Assembly: GCF_009914755.1 (NCBI RefSeq)
Contig: NC_060929.1
From: the human T2T-CHM13v2.0 reference genome, Homo sapiens
Length of the DNA stretch: 64,000 nt
Direction: 5' to 3' (one strand)
Positions 1 to 13,235 of this stretch are shown here, piece after piece. Each line of letters starts with the position of its first letter. Position 1 is the stretch's first letter. Below the pieces are notes generated by a model that was not told the DNA's origin, made no database searches, and worked only from the letters and a program-made list of their open reading frames with translations. Position numbers and translations under genes: made by a program.

Positions 1-387
1 TTTGTAAGTGTTGGATTCCTGCCAGAGGAGTCTGAGGAGGGTCTAAGGGAATGGGAAATCCATTCTCGGTTGGTTGCTACTTCTGTGACAGGATTAGTAG
101 TGTGGATCAACTAGGGATTTCTTACTGTCATGAGGGTAAGAAGGTTTAGCAATTGGGCATCCAACAGGAATAGCAAAGGGCATTGGGAAGTGGCATTGGT
201 AAGGAAGCAGTAATCACTCATAGTGAGGGTCGTGATGACATCTCATAGCCACATAACCCTGGGAGAAAGCATATGTCCTGGTAACTTTGTAGCTGACTTT
301 ATTGTTTGTCCTTTCAGTCTGATTAACAGCAGAGCTGTCTTTTGTCTTTTAGTCTAAGTTCATTTTTACTTTTACTAATCCAAGAAG

Positions 388-476
388 TCTTTCAGAAATC
401 AGCCAACAGTACAAGTCGGAGCTTTTCATTTTGTTCCTGGAGACCCAGTTGTTAAACATTTATCAGCATATCACTG
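388..476. mobile_element. MER63-like hAT DNA transposon terminal fragment
   Basis: CCTGGAGACCCAGTTGTTAAACATTTATCAGCATATCACTG resembles the recalled MER63 terminus. Confidence 0.5.
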
Positions 477-1402
477 CTTGTTTGTTCTCATATTTCTGCC
501 CTTTAAGTGAGACTCCTCTCCTATGAAGACATGGTGAACACAGCCAAGTCCCATTATGTGTAATTAATGAAAGTCTAATATCCTCCCCAGATCTTTCTTA
601 GAATCCCCAGGGAATGCTTATGTTTCATAAATCCATCCTTAAGTATTACCTTTGGATTACTTACCAATGTCAGGACTTCTCTGAAAATGTGCAAAGATTC
701 TTGTCATTGCTACTTAACTAAAAAATACTTGACATTTCTCTTCAGGACATAGCAAACATTTCCTCCAACAAATTTCATGTCTACTTAGTCTATAAAAGTT
801 GCTTAAAATTACTAAAAATTCAGATTTTCTAGTTTCAACAAATTGACACAGTGACTATATGTATTTCTGTTCTTTTCCCTTCAAATGTTATGTATTTTGG
901 AATGAATACAGTCTCTGTAGTGGATGGAAATTAAGGTAGAGATCTATGACTCAAAATGAAAGATGCACACACTTTTGAAATTTAAAGGGATCTTAGAGAT
1001 TATTTAAAAATGTTGGGATTACAGACCTACTTGAGAATCTGAAGACATGGATCTTTTTCCCAGAAAAATGCATATGCTCTGGTGTGTTCACAATACATAC
1101 CCAGAATCACAGAATTTTAGTGTTTTTAGATCTCTTGAAGCCCATTAGTATACTCCAGTCTAATAGGCGCAAAACCTGGTCTGGTCTGTCCATTTCTCTT
1201 CACTTTATTCATAAAGTTATCAAGCCAAGGTGACATATTGAACTAGTAGTAGATCTACGATTATAAGTAACAACTTTTGCCTTAATAAGCTACTGTTACC
1301 TATGTCTTCTCTGATTTCTTTCTTTTTCCCATACCACCATCATAAAATAGATAACTTACTAGTTTCCAAGTCTCATTAACAGGAATAGTTTTGGATAGAC
1401 CA

Positions 1403-1500
1403 TACAGTGTAGTGGTTAAAAGCATAGGTTTTGGAGTTGGGCCACCTTAGATTCAAGGCCTGGCTTTGTTTCAAACTTTAGTTATAGTTCAGTCTGTTTT
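1403..1500 (+). mobile_element. MIR SINE, 5' part
   Basis: CAGTGTAGTGGTTAAAAGCATAGGTTTTGGAGT...GATTCAAGGCCTGGCT is a MIR tRNA-derived head. Confidence 0.7.
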
Positions 1501-1637
1501 TCTTTCTTTTTTTAAAAAATAATTTTTATTGTGTATAATCAAGGTATACAACATGATATTATGGGATACATATAGATAGTGAAATGGTTACTATAGTAAA
1601 GCAAATTGGCATATCCATCACCTTACATTGTTACCCA

Positions 1638-1639
<2 letters not shown>

Positions 1640-1681
<42 letters not shown>
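1640..1681. repeat. (TG)n microsatellite, about 21 units
   Basis: Pure TG run seen directly. Confidence 0.98.
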
Positions 1682-1684
<3 letters not shown>

Positions 1685-2545
1685 AGTAGCTAAGTCTACT
1701 CATTTAGCATGAATCCCATATACAGTACAATTGTATTACCTATAGTCCTCATGTTGTACCTTGGATCTCTAGACTTGTTCATCCTACATATCTGCTACTT
1801 TACATTCTCTTACCTATATCTCCAATTCTTCTCTCTCCACCCTCACAGGGGTAACTACTGTTTTGTTTTCTTTGTATATTTGATTTTTTTTAGATTTCAC
1901 ATATTAGTAAAATTATGCAGTATTTTTCTTTCTGTGTCTAGCTTATTTCACTTAGAATAATGTCCTCCAAGCCTATCCATGTTGTGAGAAATGGCAAGAT
2001 TTCATCCCTTTTTTGGGCTGTATAATATTCCATTCATATATGTACCACTGTTTCTTTATCCATTTGTTCGTCAGTGGACACCTAGGTTGTTTCTGTAACT
2101 TGGTTATTGTGAATAATGCTGCAGTGAACATGGGAGTGTGCAGATATATTTACAAGGTGGTGATTTCATTTGCTTTGAGTATATGTACAGAAGAGAAATT
2201 GCTGGGTCATATGATAATTCTGTTTTTAATTTCTTTAGAAACCTCCATACTATTTTCATAATGGGTGTACCAATCCACATTCCTACCAACAGAGTACAAG
2301 AGTTCCCTTTTCTCCACACCTTAGTCAACTTTTGTTATCTTTTGACTTATTTTTCTTCTCATTCTTTCTCCCCTCTTTTGACTTTTTGATGATAGCCATC
2401 CTAACAGGTGTGAGGTAGTGTCTCATAATCATTTGATTTGCATTTCCTTGATAATTAATGATGTTGAGCACCTTTTCCTATACCTGTTGGCCATTTTATA
2501 TCATCTTTGGAGAAATGTCTCTTCAAGTCCTTGTCCATTTTTTAA

Positions 2546-2835
<290 letters not shown>

Positions 2836-3661
2836 CAAATTTATACAACTATTGAGTTGTATAAATTTTGGATACTAACTTCTTATCATATATATTGCTT
2901 GCAAATATTTTTTCCCATTCCATAGGCTGCTATTTCATTTTGCTGATTGTTCCCTTTGTTGTGCAGAGGCTGTTAGTTTTATGTAGTCTCATTTATTTAT
3001 TTTTGCTTTTGTGTCCTGAGCTTTCGGTGTGATACAAAAAAAAATCATTACCAAAACCAATGTCCAGGAGATTTTTCGCTATGTTATCTTCTAGGAGTTC
3101 TATACTTTCTTGACTTATATTTAATTCTTTAATCCACTTTGAGGTAATTTTTGTGTAAGGTACTTAAGGGTCCAATTTCATTCTTTTTTATATGAAAATT
3201 CCAGTTTCCCAGCACCATTTATTAAAGAGACCCTCCTTTCCCTATTGTGTCCTTTTGGTGCCCTTGTCAAAAATTAGTTGATTGTAAATGTTTGGATTTA
3301 TTTCTGGGGTCTCTATTTTATTCTCCTGGTCGATGTGTCTGTTTTTATGCTAGTACTATACTCTTGATTACCACAAATTTGTAACATCATTTAAAAACAG
3401 GAAGTGTGATGCCCCTAACTTTTTCTTTCTCAGAATTCTTTTGGCTGTTTTGGGTATTTTATGGTTCCATATGAATTTAAGAAAAATTAATATGGAATTT
3501 GAAGAATGCAATTGGGGTTTGATAGGAATAATGTTAAACCTGTATATTGCTTTGGTCAGTATGTAATTCTAACAATTTGAATTTTCTGATCCATGAACAC
3601 AGGATATATTTCCATTTATTTGTGTCTTTTTTTATCAATGTTTTATAGTTTTCAGTATACA

Positions 3662-3665
3662 TATA

Positions 3666-3696
<31 letters not shown>

Positions 3697-3974
3697 GAGT
3701 TGGAGTCTCGCTCTGTCACCCAGACAGGAGTGCAGTGGCACGATCTCAGCTCACAGCAACCCCCACCTCCCAGGTTCAAGTGATTCTACCTCACCCTCCT
3801 GAGTAGCTGGGATTAAAAGCATGTGCCATCACTCCAGGCTAACTTTTGTATTTTGGTAGAGATGGGGTTTCGCCATGTTGGCCAGGCTGGTCTCGAACTC
3901 CTGACCTCAAGTGATCTGCCCACTTCAGCCTCCCAAAGTGTTAGGATTACAGGCGTGAGCCACCGTGCTCAGCC
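3662..3974 (-). mobile_element. AluS SINE with (TA)n-extended tail
   Basis: Full antisense Alu; target-site duplication (TSD) AGTATACA at 3654-3661 and 3975-3982. Confidence 0.95.
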
Positions 3975-4544
3975 AGTATACAGATCTTTTACCTCCTTAG
4001 TTAAACGTATTCCCAGGTATTGTTTTGATGCTACCCTAAATGGAATTAATTTCTTGATTTTGTTTCCAATTAGGGGTTGCTTTTTGTGTATAAACATGCT
4101 ACTGATTTTCATATGTTGATTTTGTATCCTGCAACTTTACTGAATTCATTTATTAGTTCTAACTTTTTTTTTCTTTTTTTTTTGGTGTGGAGTCTTTCTT
4201 TCTTTTTTTTACATATGGGATTTTGTCATCTGCAAATAGAGATAATTTTATTCTTCCTTTCAGATTTGGATGCTCTTTCTTTCTTTTCTTCTTTCTTTCT
4301 TTCTCTCTTTCTTGCCTTCTTTCTTTCTTTTTTTTTGTCTGATTGCTCTTGCTAGTACTTACAGTACTCTCTTAAACAGAAGTAATAAGAGTGTATATCC
4401 TTGTCTTCTGCCATATCTTAGTGGAAAAATTGATTACAATGTCAGCTGAGGTTTTTTCAGAAGTGGTCTTTATTATGTTGAGGCACTTTCCTTCTAATGC
4501 CTAAGCTCTTCAACCATTCTAAGCTTCAATATTATTATTGTAAT

Positions 4545-4682
4545 ATGATGAAAATAATGGAATTAAAGAACTGTTGTAAAGATGAAATGAGATAACATAT
4601 ACAAAATACTTGGTACAATGCCTAGCACACAATAAACATTAAATAAACATTACGTACTATTATTATCATCATTATTATTATC
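4545..4682 (+). mobile_element. MIR SINE, 3' part
   Basis: GTTGTAAAGATGAAATGAGATAACATATACAAAATACTTGGTACAATGCCTAGCACACAATAAACATT...TATTATT. Confidence 0.8.
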
Positions 4683-4924
4683 ACTACAGTTCTTGGAAAC
4701 TAGATGGAGACACTAGGCTCAAAGTAATCAGGTGGGGTATAACATTCTGTTTCCTCCTTTTTTTGTAAGGTGAGCCATTTGAAGTGCTTTGCAGCTGGAG
4801 TTAAGACCAGAAAAAAAGTCAGTTCAAGGTCAGAGTTCTGGCCAGTCTTTACGTTGCTTAGCTCTATTTTTAAATGATGCAGGTATGATACAATTTTGTT
4901 TTAAAATTGTTTATATGTAAATAA

Positions 4925-5700
4925 ATTTTTAATTGAGTTATAATTAACATGATGAAATGCACAGATATTATTTCATATGATGAACTTTACAGTTGTGTGC
5001 ATTCCTGTAACTATTACCCAAAGCAAGATATTGTTTCTCATTGCGTAGAAAGTCCTTTGTGTTTCTTTCCAGTCAATTTTTACTCCATTCCATATCACAG
5101 CCAAAAATTGATTCTATTATGATAGATTAGTTTTATTTGTATTTGTATTTCATGTAAATTGCATCATACAATATATACACTTTTGGGTTTGGCCTCATTG
5201 GTTTAACAAAAGTTTTTGAGATCCAGACTGGGCGTGGTGGCTCATGCCTGTAATCCCAGCACTTTGGGAGGCCAAGGCAGGCAGATCACTGTAGGCCAGG
5301 AGTTCAAGTCTAGCCTGGCCAACATGGCAAAAACTCATCTCTACTAAAAATACAAAAATTAGCTGGGCGTGGTAGCACGTGCTTGTAGTCCCAGCTACTT
5401 GGGTGGCTGAGACATGAGAATCACTTGAACCCCAGAGGCGGTAGTTGCAGTGAGCCACTGCCCTCCGGCCTGGGAGATAGCAAGACTCTGTCTCAAAAAC
5501 AAAAACAACAAAAAAACGCTTTTGAGATTTATCTATCCTGGTGTATGTATTAGTAGTTTGGTTTTTTTTTTTTTTTATTGCCAAACAGTATCCCATTATA
5601 TAAACATACCACAATTTATCTCCTGTCTTAGACATTTGGGTTGTTTCCAGGTTTTGGCTATTTTTAATAAGGCTGATAAAAATATTTCTTTGTGTGGAAG
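4925..5700 (-). mobile_element. Old L1M (L1MC/L1ME-type) 3' end, interrupted by an Alu
   Basis: Antisense L1 3' UTR motifs such as GACATTTGGGTTGTTTCCAGGTTTTGGCTATT. Confidence 0.7.
5226..5516 (+). mobile_element. AluS SINE with a short right-arm deletion
   Basis: Full Alu with A-rich tail; GTGAGCCACTG lacks about 11 nt of consensus; TTTTTGAGAT on both flanks. Confidence 0.95.
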
Positions 5701-5735
5701 CCTATTTTCTCTTTGTTCCCACCCCCACCCTCACC

Positions 5736-5863
5736 TTTTTTTTTTTTTTTAAAGACATAGTGGTCTCACTATATTGCTCAGGCTGGCCTCAAACTCCTGC
5801 CATCATGTGATCCTCCCACCTTAGTCTCCTGAGTAGCTGAGACTACAGGAGCCACACCTGGCT
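5736..5863 (-). mobile_element. FLAM (Alu monomer)
   Basis: Poly-T plus a single antisense left-arm monomer. Confidence 0.85.
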
Positions 5864-5865
5864 CC

Positions 5866-7530
5866 TTCACTTTTGAAGGATAATTTTGCAGGACACAGAG
5901 TTCTAGGTTGGTGTCTTTTTCCCTCTCGCTTTACTTCACTGCATTTTCTTCTTGCCTCCATCGGTTCTGAGGAGAAGCCAGTTGTAATTTTTATCTGAGA
6001 AGCCAGTTGTAATTTTTATCTGAGAAGCGGGTTGTAATTTTTATCTTTGCTCTTCTACTGTTAAGGGTTTTTCCCCTGCCACCGCTCTCTGGCTTACTTC
6101 AAAATTTTTTATTTATCTTTGATTTTCTGCAGTTTGAATATGTATGCCTAGGCATAGTTTTGTTTTGTTAGTTTTCTTTTTTTTGCAGGGGGGACTTATC
6201 ATGCTTGGTGTTCTCTGAGCTTGCTGGATCTGTTGTTTGACATTAATTTGGGAGAAATCTGTAGTCATTATTCCTTCAAACATTTCTTTTGTTCCTTTCT
6301 CATTCTTCTTTGGTATTTTCATTACTTATATGCTACACTTCTTAAAACTGTCCCATAGCTCTTGGATATTCTTTTCTGTTTTGTTTTAGTTTCTTTATCT
6401 CTGCTTTTCAGTTTCAGAAGTTTCTATTGACACATCCTCAAGCTCAGTGGTTCTCTTCTCAGCTGTGTCTAGTCTACTAATAAGCACATCCCAGGCATCC
6501 TTCATTTCTATTACAGAGCTTTTCAATCTCTAGCTAGCATTTCTGATTCTTTTATAGAATTTCTGTCTCTCTGCTTACATCATTCATTGATTTTTTTTCA
6601 TGTTGCCCACTTTTTCCATTAGATTACTTACCATATTAATTATAGTTATTTTAAAGTCGTGGCCTGATATTTCTAAGATTCTTGCCGTATCCTATTCTGC
6701 TTCTGGTACTTTCTCGTTTTCTTCAAATTGTGCTTTTTTGCATTTTTAGTATGCTTGTAATTTTTTTGTTAAAAGCAGAGTAGGATGTACTAGGTAAAAG
6801 GAATTGAGTAAATAGACCTTTAGCAACGTGGTGGTAAGGTGCAGGGGGTGGGGGAAGCTTTCCATAGTCCCATGATTAGGTCTCAGTCTTCCAGTGAGCC
6901 TCTGTCCATGGACTGTAAACCTCAGAAATGCTTCTCATATTTTTTTACTCCCTTAGATGAGACATGATATGTAGAAACGTTTGTAGAGTTGGGTATTTCC
7001 CTTGCCGTAGTTTAATTAGGCTCTGATAAAACCCCAACAGGTTAGGCTTTGGTAAAATAATTTCTCCCGAGGGCAGGTCTTACTAAGAACAGAATGCTCT
7101 GACTTATTTCAAAATGATTACTTTTATCCTCCTGTAGCCAGAAGAAGGAAGGTGTCTATACTGTGAGATTCTACTAGAGCTCTTAGAGGTAAGTCAGAAA
7201 ATGTGGGTTCTTCCCCGTGACGGCTCCCCCACCCCGAGGTCTTAACTCTCAGAGCTGCCCACACTGAGCCTCCAGCAACTCATCAATTACAGTTCAGGTT
7301 TTCCTACTCCAGCAGTGGTTACCACAGAGGCTTTTGCTCTGATAAGTTGTCATTCTCTGGATCTGCCTATCTCTCTAATTTTTGGAGCAGCAGTTTGCCT
7401 TGAGACCTCACTTCGCTGATGGATTTAAGAACAGGTGCTGATTTTTAGTTTGTTCAACTCCTTGCTTGCTGATGGAGTGACGACACCTGCTAAGCCCTTT
7501 ATATGTTGGACTGGAAACTGGAAGCTCTGT
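5866..7530 (-). mobile_element. Old L1M 5' region (ORF1 and 5' UTR remnant)
   Basis: Minus ORF 6113-6322 (EMFEGIMTTDFSQ...QIQQAQRTPS) resembles L1 ORF1p IFEEIM.ENF...QIQEAQRTP. Confidence 0.7.
5972..6046. repeat. 25-bp tandem triplication
   Basis: GAGAAGCCAGTTGTAATTTTTATCT x3; the third copy has 2 mismatches. Confidence 0.97.
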
Positions 7531-7657
7531 AGAAATCTTTTTGTGGACATGTTTTTATTTCTTTTGGCTAAAGACTTTGAAGTGAAATTGTTCTAATGAA
7601 GATTTGTAGTGTTCCTTTTGTTGGCAATGCAGATTTATGACTACATTTAAGTAGTGT

Positions 7658-8112
7658 TGTCTTAGGCTACTCAGGCTGCCCTAACAAAATAGCATGGACT
7701 AGGTGGCTTAAACAGCATTTACTTCTCACAGTACTGGAGGCTGGGGGTCCAATATCAAGGTGCAAGCCAATTCTCTTCCTGTTGAGGGCCCTCTTCCTGG
7801 CTTGTAGATGGTTGCTTTCTCCCTGCGTCCTCACATGATGGAAGAGAGAGGCAGAGAGAGGGAAAAGAGGAGTGGATGGTGAAGGGGAGGGGGAGGGAGA
7901 GAAGGAGGGAGGGAGAGAGAGAGAAAGTGCACACACTCTGGTCTCTCTTGCTCTTCTTAGAAGGATGCTAATCCCATCGCAAGGCCCCCACCCTCATGAC
8001 CTAATCTAACCCTAGTTACTCTCTGAAGGCTCCATCTTCAAATATCATCACATGGAGGGCTAGGGCTCTAACATAAGAATTTTGAGGGGATACAAAGCTT
8101 CAGTCTGTAACA
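7658..8112 (-). mobile_element. MLT1A-like MaLR solo LTR with internal GA-rich expansion
   Basis: TGTCTTAG...GGCTGCCCTAACAAAATA...TTCTCACAGTACTGGAGGCTGGG...CAGTCTGTAACA. Confidence 0.85.
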
Positions 8113-8323
8113 AGCATACTTTTAAGTTTTTCTTGAAACCCACCAAATAAATGTAAATGTATATTTGGGCAATGTTTCTTAAAAATGTACATTATCATAA
8201 CATCATTGTTTTGCTGTCAGCTATGAGATGTGCTGCTAAAAATTTATTAATGCGGAGTGTAAGTGTCATCAGATAAACTTTACCAGTGAATTTCCTTATT
8301 TTATGCTTTATCAAGAAGTCCCT

Positions 8324-8620
8324 TGCTAAGGAGTGAATGTGTCTGTTTTCCTCCCCCACCCCCAATTCGTATGATGAAACTTAGTCCCCAGTGTGATAGC
8401 ATTTGGCGGTGGTGCCTTTGGGAGGTGATTAGGTCATAAGAATGAAGCATCCATAAATGAAATGAGTGCCCTTATAAAACAGGCCCCAGACACTTCCCTC
8501 CCTACTTCCAGCATGTGAGGACACAGTGAGAAAATGACTGTCTATGCTGGAGGAAGTGGGCCCTCCCCAGACACCAAATCTGCCTACCTCTTGATCTTGG
8601 AGTTCTCAGCCTCCAGAATG
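8324..8620 (+). mobile_element. MLT1A-like MaLR LTR, 3' truncated
   Basis: GCCTTTGGGAGGTGATTAGGTCAT...TTGATCTTGGAGTTCTCAGCCTCCAGAA, then an abrupt end. Confidence 0.85.
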
Positions 8621-8624
8621 GTGG

Positions 8625-9510
8625 CTCATTTCAGTTAGTAGGTGATGAATATTGGTAGGACTGAATCCTTCCTTCAAGGCAGCAGGTTCCAGTTTGGCCC
8701 AGAGTGTGTCTAGAAATGTCTGGGAGCTAGGGCCTGAAACAAGGACCTCATGACTCTGGCCAGGGCCCTATCCTGTGGTGGCTGGGCTGGTACCCTAGAT
8801 ATAAGACACATTCTTCCCTACTCTTGCCTCTCTTCTCTTCATGTAGAAGAAAGGGGTCTCTTTTGGAGCCATGAGCTGTGCAGCCTGGGGTTAGAGGAGG
8901 GGTGACACCAGGATTCCCTTGGCTTCCCCAGCTAATGTCTCAGTATGTCATATGATCCCCCAGTCCACTGTCTCTGGGCCTAATTCAGCACTAGGACTTG
9001 CCTAATAGTTGCATGTACTTATGGCCTAGACTGTCTTTCAAGTTTCCTCAGAAACAAAGAATGCTGTAGACCTCAGTGGTGAGGTTTACAGCTACTCAAG
9101 TTCAGACCACTGGGATGGATGATTCCCTTATGGCTAGGGCTGGTTTAAATGCTCCATCTGTGGGTGGGCATCAGCTGAGTTTGGTCTGGTTTTCCTTTCT
9201 GCTATAACAGGACAGCACTGAGTTCAATGCCTCATGATTGCTGTGTCCTCTTTCCCCCAGTACACAGAGATGCTCTTCACACCACTCTGCTGCTGTGGGT
9301 GGTTGGTGGGGGGTGGCATCGGTGATTAGTGCTGTTTTTTGATCTCTTCAGTGCCTCTTTCAGAAATATGAAGTTACAACTAGATTCTGTGAGTGCTCAC
9401 CTGATATTTAGTTCTTATGAGTGTGTTTTTCTGTGTAGATAGTTGTTAACTTGATGTCCTTGCAGGGAACATGATCAATGGAGCTTCTACTCTACCATTT
9501 TGCTTTGCCT
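8625..9510 (-). mobile_element. L1 5' UTR fragment (L1M/L1PB-type)
   Basis: Antisense L1 5' UTR-like text (TCCTTCAAGGCAGCAGGTTCC, GTGAGTGCTCACCTGAT) ending CTACCATTTTG, like the CCGCCATCTTG L1 start. Confidence 0.65.
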
Positions 9511-9519
9511 TTTTATGTA

Positions 9520-11092
9520 CCAAATATTTTTTATCCACTCCATTGCTGATGGACATTTAGGTTGGTTCCATGACTTTGTTATTGTGAATAGTGCTGCAAT
9601 TAACATATGCGCGCATGTGTCTTTATGGTAGAATGATTTACATTCCTTTGGGTATGTACCCAGTAATGGGATTGCTGGGTCAAATGGTAGTTCTAAGTTC
9701 TTTAAGAAATCTCCAAACTGCCTTCCATAGTGACTAAACTAATTTACATTTCCACCAGCTGTGTGTAAGTGTTCCCTTTTCTCTGCAACCTCACCAGCAT
9801 CTGTTATTTTTTTGACTTTTTAATAATAGCCATTCTGAGTGGTATGAGATGGTATCTCATTGTGGTTTTTATTTGCATTTCTCTGATGATTAGTGATGTT
9901 GAGCATCTTTTCATATGCTTGTTGGCCCCATGTATGTCTTCTTTTGAGAAGTGTCTATTTATGTCCTCTGCCCATTTTTAATGGGGTTGTTTATTGCTAA
10001 TTGATTTACTTAAGTTCCTTATAGGTTCTGGTATTAGACCTTTGCCAGATGCATAGTTTGCAAATATTTTCTCCCATTCCGTAGGTTGTCTATTTACTCT
10101 CTTGATAGTTTCTTTTGCTGTGCAGAAGCTCTTATGTTTAATAGGTCCCACGTGTCAATTTTTGTTTTTGTTGCAATTGCTTTTGAAGTCTTTGTCATGA
10201 AATCTTTGCCAGGGTTTATGTCCAGAATGATAGTTCCTATGTTTTCTTCTAGGGTTTTTATAGTTTTATGTTTTACATTTAAGTCTTTAATCCATCTTGA
10301 GTTGATTTTTGTATATGGTGAAAGGAAGGGGTCTACTTTCAATCTTCTGCATGTGGCTAGCCAGTTATCCCAGCACCATTTATTGAATAGGGGGTACTTC
10401 CCCATTGCTTGTTTTTGTTGACTTTGTCAAAGATCAGATAGTTGTAGGTGTGCAGTCTTATTCCTGGAATGTATATTCTGTTCCATTGGTTTATGCGTCT
10501 GTTCTTGCACCAATACCATGCTGTTTTGGTTACTGCAGCCCTGTAGTATAGTAATTTGAATTCAGGTAGTGTGATGTCTCCAGCTTTGTTCTTTTTCCTT
10601 AGTATTGCTTCAGCTATTCAGGCTCTTTTTTGGTTCTATATGAATTTTAGAATAATTTTTTCTAATTCTGTGAAAAATGTCATTGGTAGTTTGATAGGAA
10701 TAGCACTGAATCTGTAAATTGCTTCAGGTAGCATGGCCATTTTAACAATATTGATTCTTCTTATCCATGAGCACGGAATGTTTTTCCATCTGTTTGTGTC
10801 ATGTCTGAGTTCTTTGAGCTGCATTTTTATTTAATGTTGTAGAGATCTTTCACCTCCCTGGCTGGCTGCATTCCTAGGTATTTTATTTTTGTGTGTGACT
10901 GTTGTGAATGGGATTGTGTTCTTGATTTGGCTCTCAGCTTGGACATTCCTAGGGTATAGAAATGCTAATGATTTTTGTACATTGGTTTCGTATTCTGACA
11001 CTTTGCTGAAGTTGTTTTTCAGATCTAAGAGGTTTTGGGCAGAAACTATGGGGTTTTCTAGGTATAAAATCATATCATCTGCAAAGAGATAG
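9520..11092 (-). mobile_element. L1PA-old/L1PB ORF2 3' fragment
   Basis: Minus ORFs: [38 protein letters not shown]; [21 protein letters not shown]; [18 protein letters not shown]. Confidence 0.95.
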
Positions 11093-12320
11093 TTTGAATT
11101 CCTATTTTGAATTGTCTAACTGCTCCCTTAATATTAATATTTTTTAAAGTAATGACAAAAAAAGTGATGACAATGTTAATAAATCTGGTGGTATACCAGG
11201 ATTTTGAAAACAAGTCTGTAGAAATTTTATTATAATTTGTCATTAATTGAATCATTAAAGCTCATATTGTGCTGTCAAATTTTCCTTTGAGTAATAAATA
11301 ATTGATTATTTAACTTTGAAAATGTTTAAACATTTATTTGGCCAGTTAACTCAGATTTTTGTAAGTTGTTTATTCTGAACATCTCCTTAAGTGTCTCTAT
11401 TAGTCAAACTACCTGGCCTAATAAAAACGAATAGATTCTCAATCTATGTGTTGGGGTCCAAACGTAAATGCACTTAGGAGAAGTCCTGTAGAATTGGGAG
11501 GAGAACGCAGAGAATAATTATTTGAATTTAAATGGTGATTTTTAAAAATTCAAAGCATTTTTCACCTTATTAAAGATAGGAATTAGCATATAACTGCTTT
11601 ATTGTTACAACTAATGGATATAAGAACTGAAACTATATTGCGACATTACCCAGCCCAAAGTTGCTGTGCCCATCATGGCAATTATCACATTTTATCATCG
11701 TGGCAATTGTCTCCCTATGAGAATCTTCCCAAGAGCTCCCATGACCTTTTATGCTGCATGTCAATTTTGTACCCCTTCCAATAAAATAAATTCAATGTTG
11801 TTCTGTTACTATTTGTGTCTTCTCTAAGACTGAACTTACTAGACATTTTAATGTAATAAGATGGAAATTTCAGAGAGATCAAGATGTAGAAATGAGCCAA
11901 TATTACATAATTCTTTATTTTCTATTAAGTGTAATGCCCAAATAATACTTAGTTCTTACTTGTTTTGCTTCTGTGACCAAAGTTAGGAAACTTCTATTTG
12001 TGTAGGAGTTGGTGGAACCTAGAATGGTGTACTTAGGTAAATGACTGGTGTGTGTGTACATGTGTCTGGTGTCCACAACCTCCAGCTGAACCTCCTCAGA
12101 GAACATCTGGGCTACCAGTCCAGTGAGGAAAGAAGTGTAATTTTTTCATGTTACTCTTACCTAAGGTAGCAGTTTTAGGTCCATGCTAAATGTAACTAAA
12201 ACGTCAGCTCATGATGTAGTCAGACCTGAATATATGAATGATGGAGCCATATATTCAATAGGGTGAGCCAGCTGGATCACTAAACAAAAGGTATTTGTAG
12301 TAAAGGATTAACGTAAGTTA

Positions 12321-12862
12321 CTGTAAACAGCCTCCGAGATGGCCCCTGTGACCCTCAGCTGGAATGCATGGCCTTGTATAGCCTCCTTCCATATTGATTC
12401 AGAGCTGGTCTGTGTGACCAATAGAAGGCAGTGGAAGTGACTGTGTGTGACTTCCAAATATATGTCATAAAAGCTTTTGAAGTCATTGAAGCTTTTGCCT
12501 TAGACTTTTGGATCTCTTGTTCCAGAGAAAGCCAGCTTTCAGGACTCACACAGGGAGCCCTGTGAGGATGTTCACATGCAGAGCCATGAAAGCCCTGCTG
12601 ATAGGCAGCACCAACTTGCACAGTTGAGTGAGCCACCTTGAAAGTAATCCTGCAGTCCTAGTTAAGACTTCTAATGACTAATGACTGTAGCACCAGCCAA
12701 TATCTGCCTGCATTTCAAATGAAAGATCCTGAGAGAGAACCAACTACCCAATGAAACTGCTCTGAAATTCCTGACCTACAGAAACCATAAGAAATAAGTT
12801 GTTCTTGCTTTTAGCCTCTAAGTTTTAGGACGATTTGTCACAAAACAATAAATGGTTACTAC
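12321..12862 (+). mobile_element. MLT1F/G-like MaLR solo LTR
   Basis: GAGATGGCCCC...GAGCTGGTCTGTGTGACCAATAGAA...TTCCTGACCTACAGAAAC...TAAGTTTT. Confidence 0.75.
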
Positions 12863-13235
12863 AGTTACTATTCTCTATCAATATGATGATGCAAATTTAT
12901 GACATGAAAAGATGACCTTTGGTGTATCTAGCTTACAGTAGGTACTGAAAAATATTAATTGAACAAATTAATGAATACATAAATGGAAGCAGTTGAAAAC
13001 ATAGCATTGAAAGTTTCTAAGATTTCAGAAAGGAATTAACATCCTAATGAGCAGAGAAATAATTTTTTAATGTTAAAACAGTCAGCTTTGTGCTGTGAGA
13101 GGAGACGTATAGTATATGTGCAGCAATAGGACGTGACAATAATCTCCCACCATACAGCAGAGATACTTATATCCATAGCAATATTAAAAGAAAAAAATGG
13201 AAAAGAAGGGTATTTCATTTGGAGCAGAGTTAGTT

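Noticed and set aside
1-330. Possible ancient LTR at the window start
   Set aside because: Looks LTR-like, but I could not support a family or boundaries.
10086-11092. Functional L1 ORF2
   Set aside because: Broken into several frames by stops and frameshifts, and truncated at both ends.
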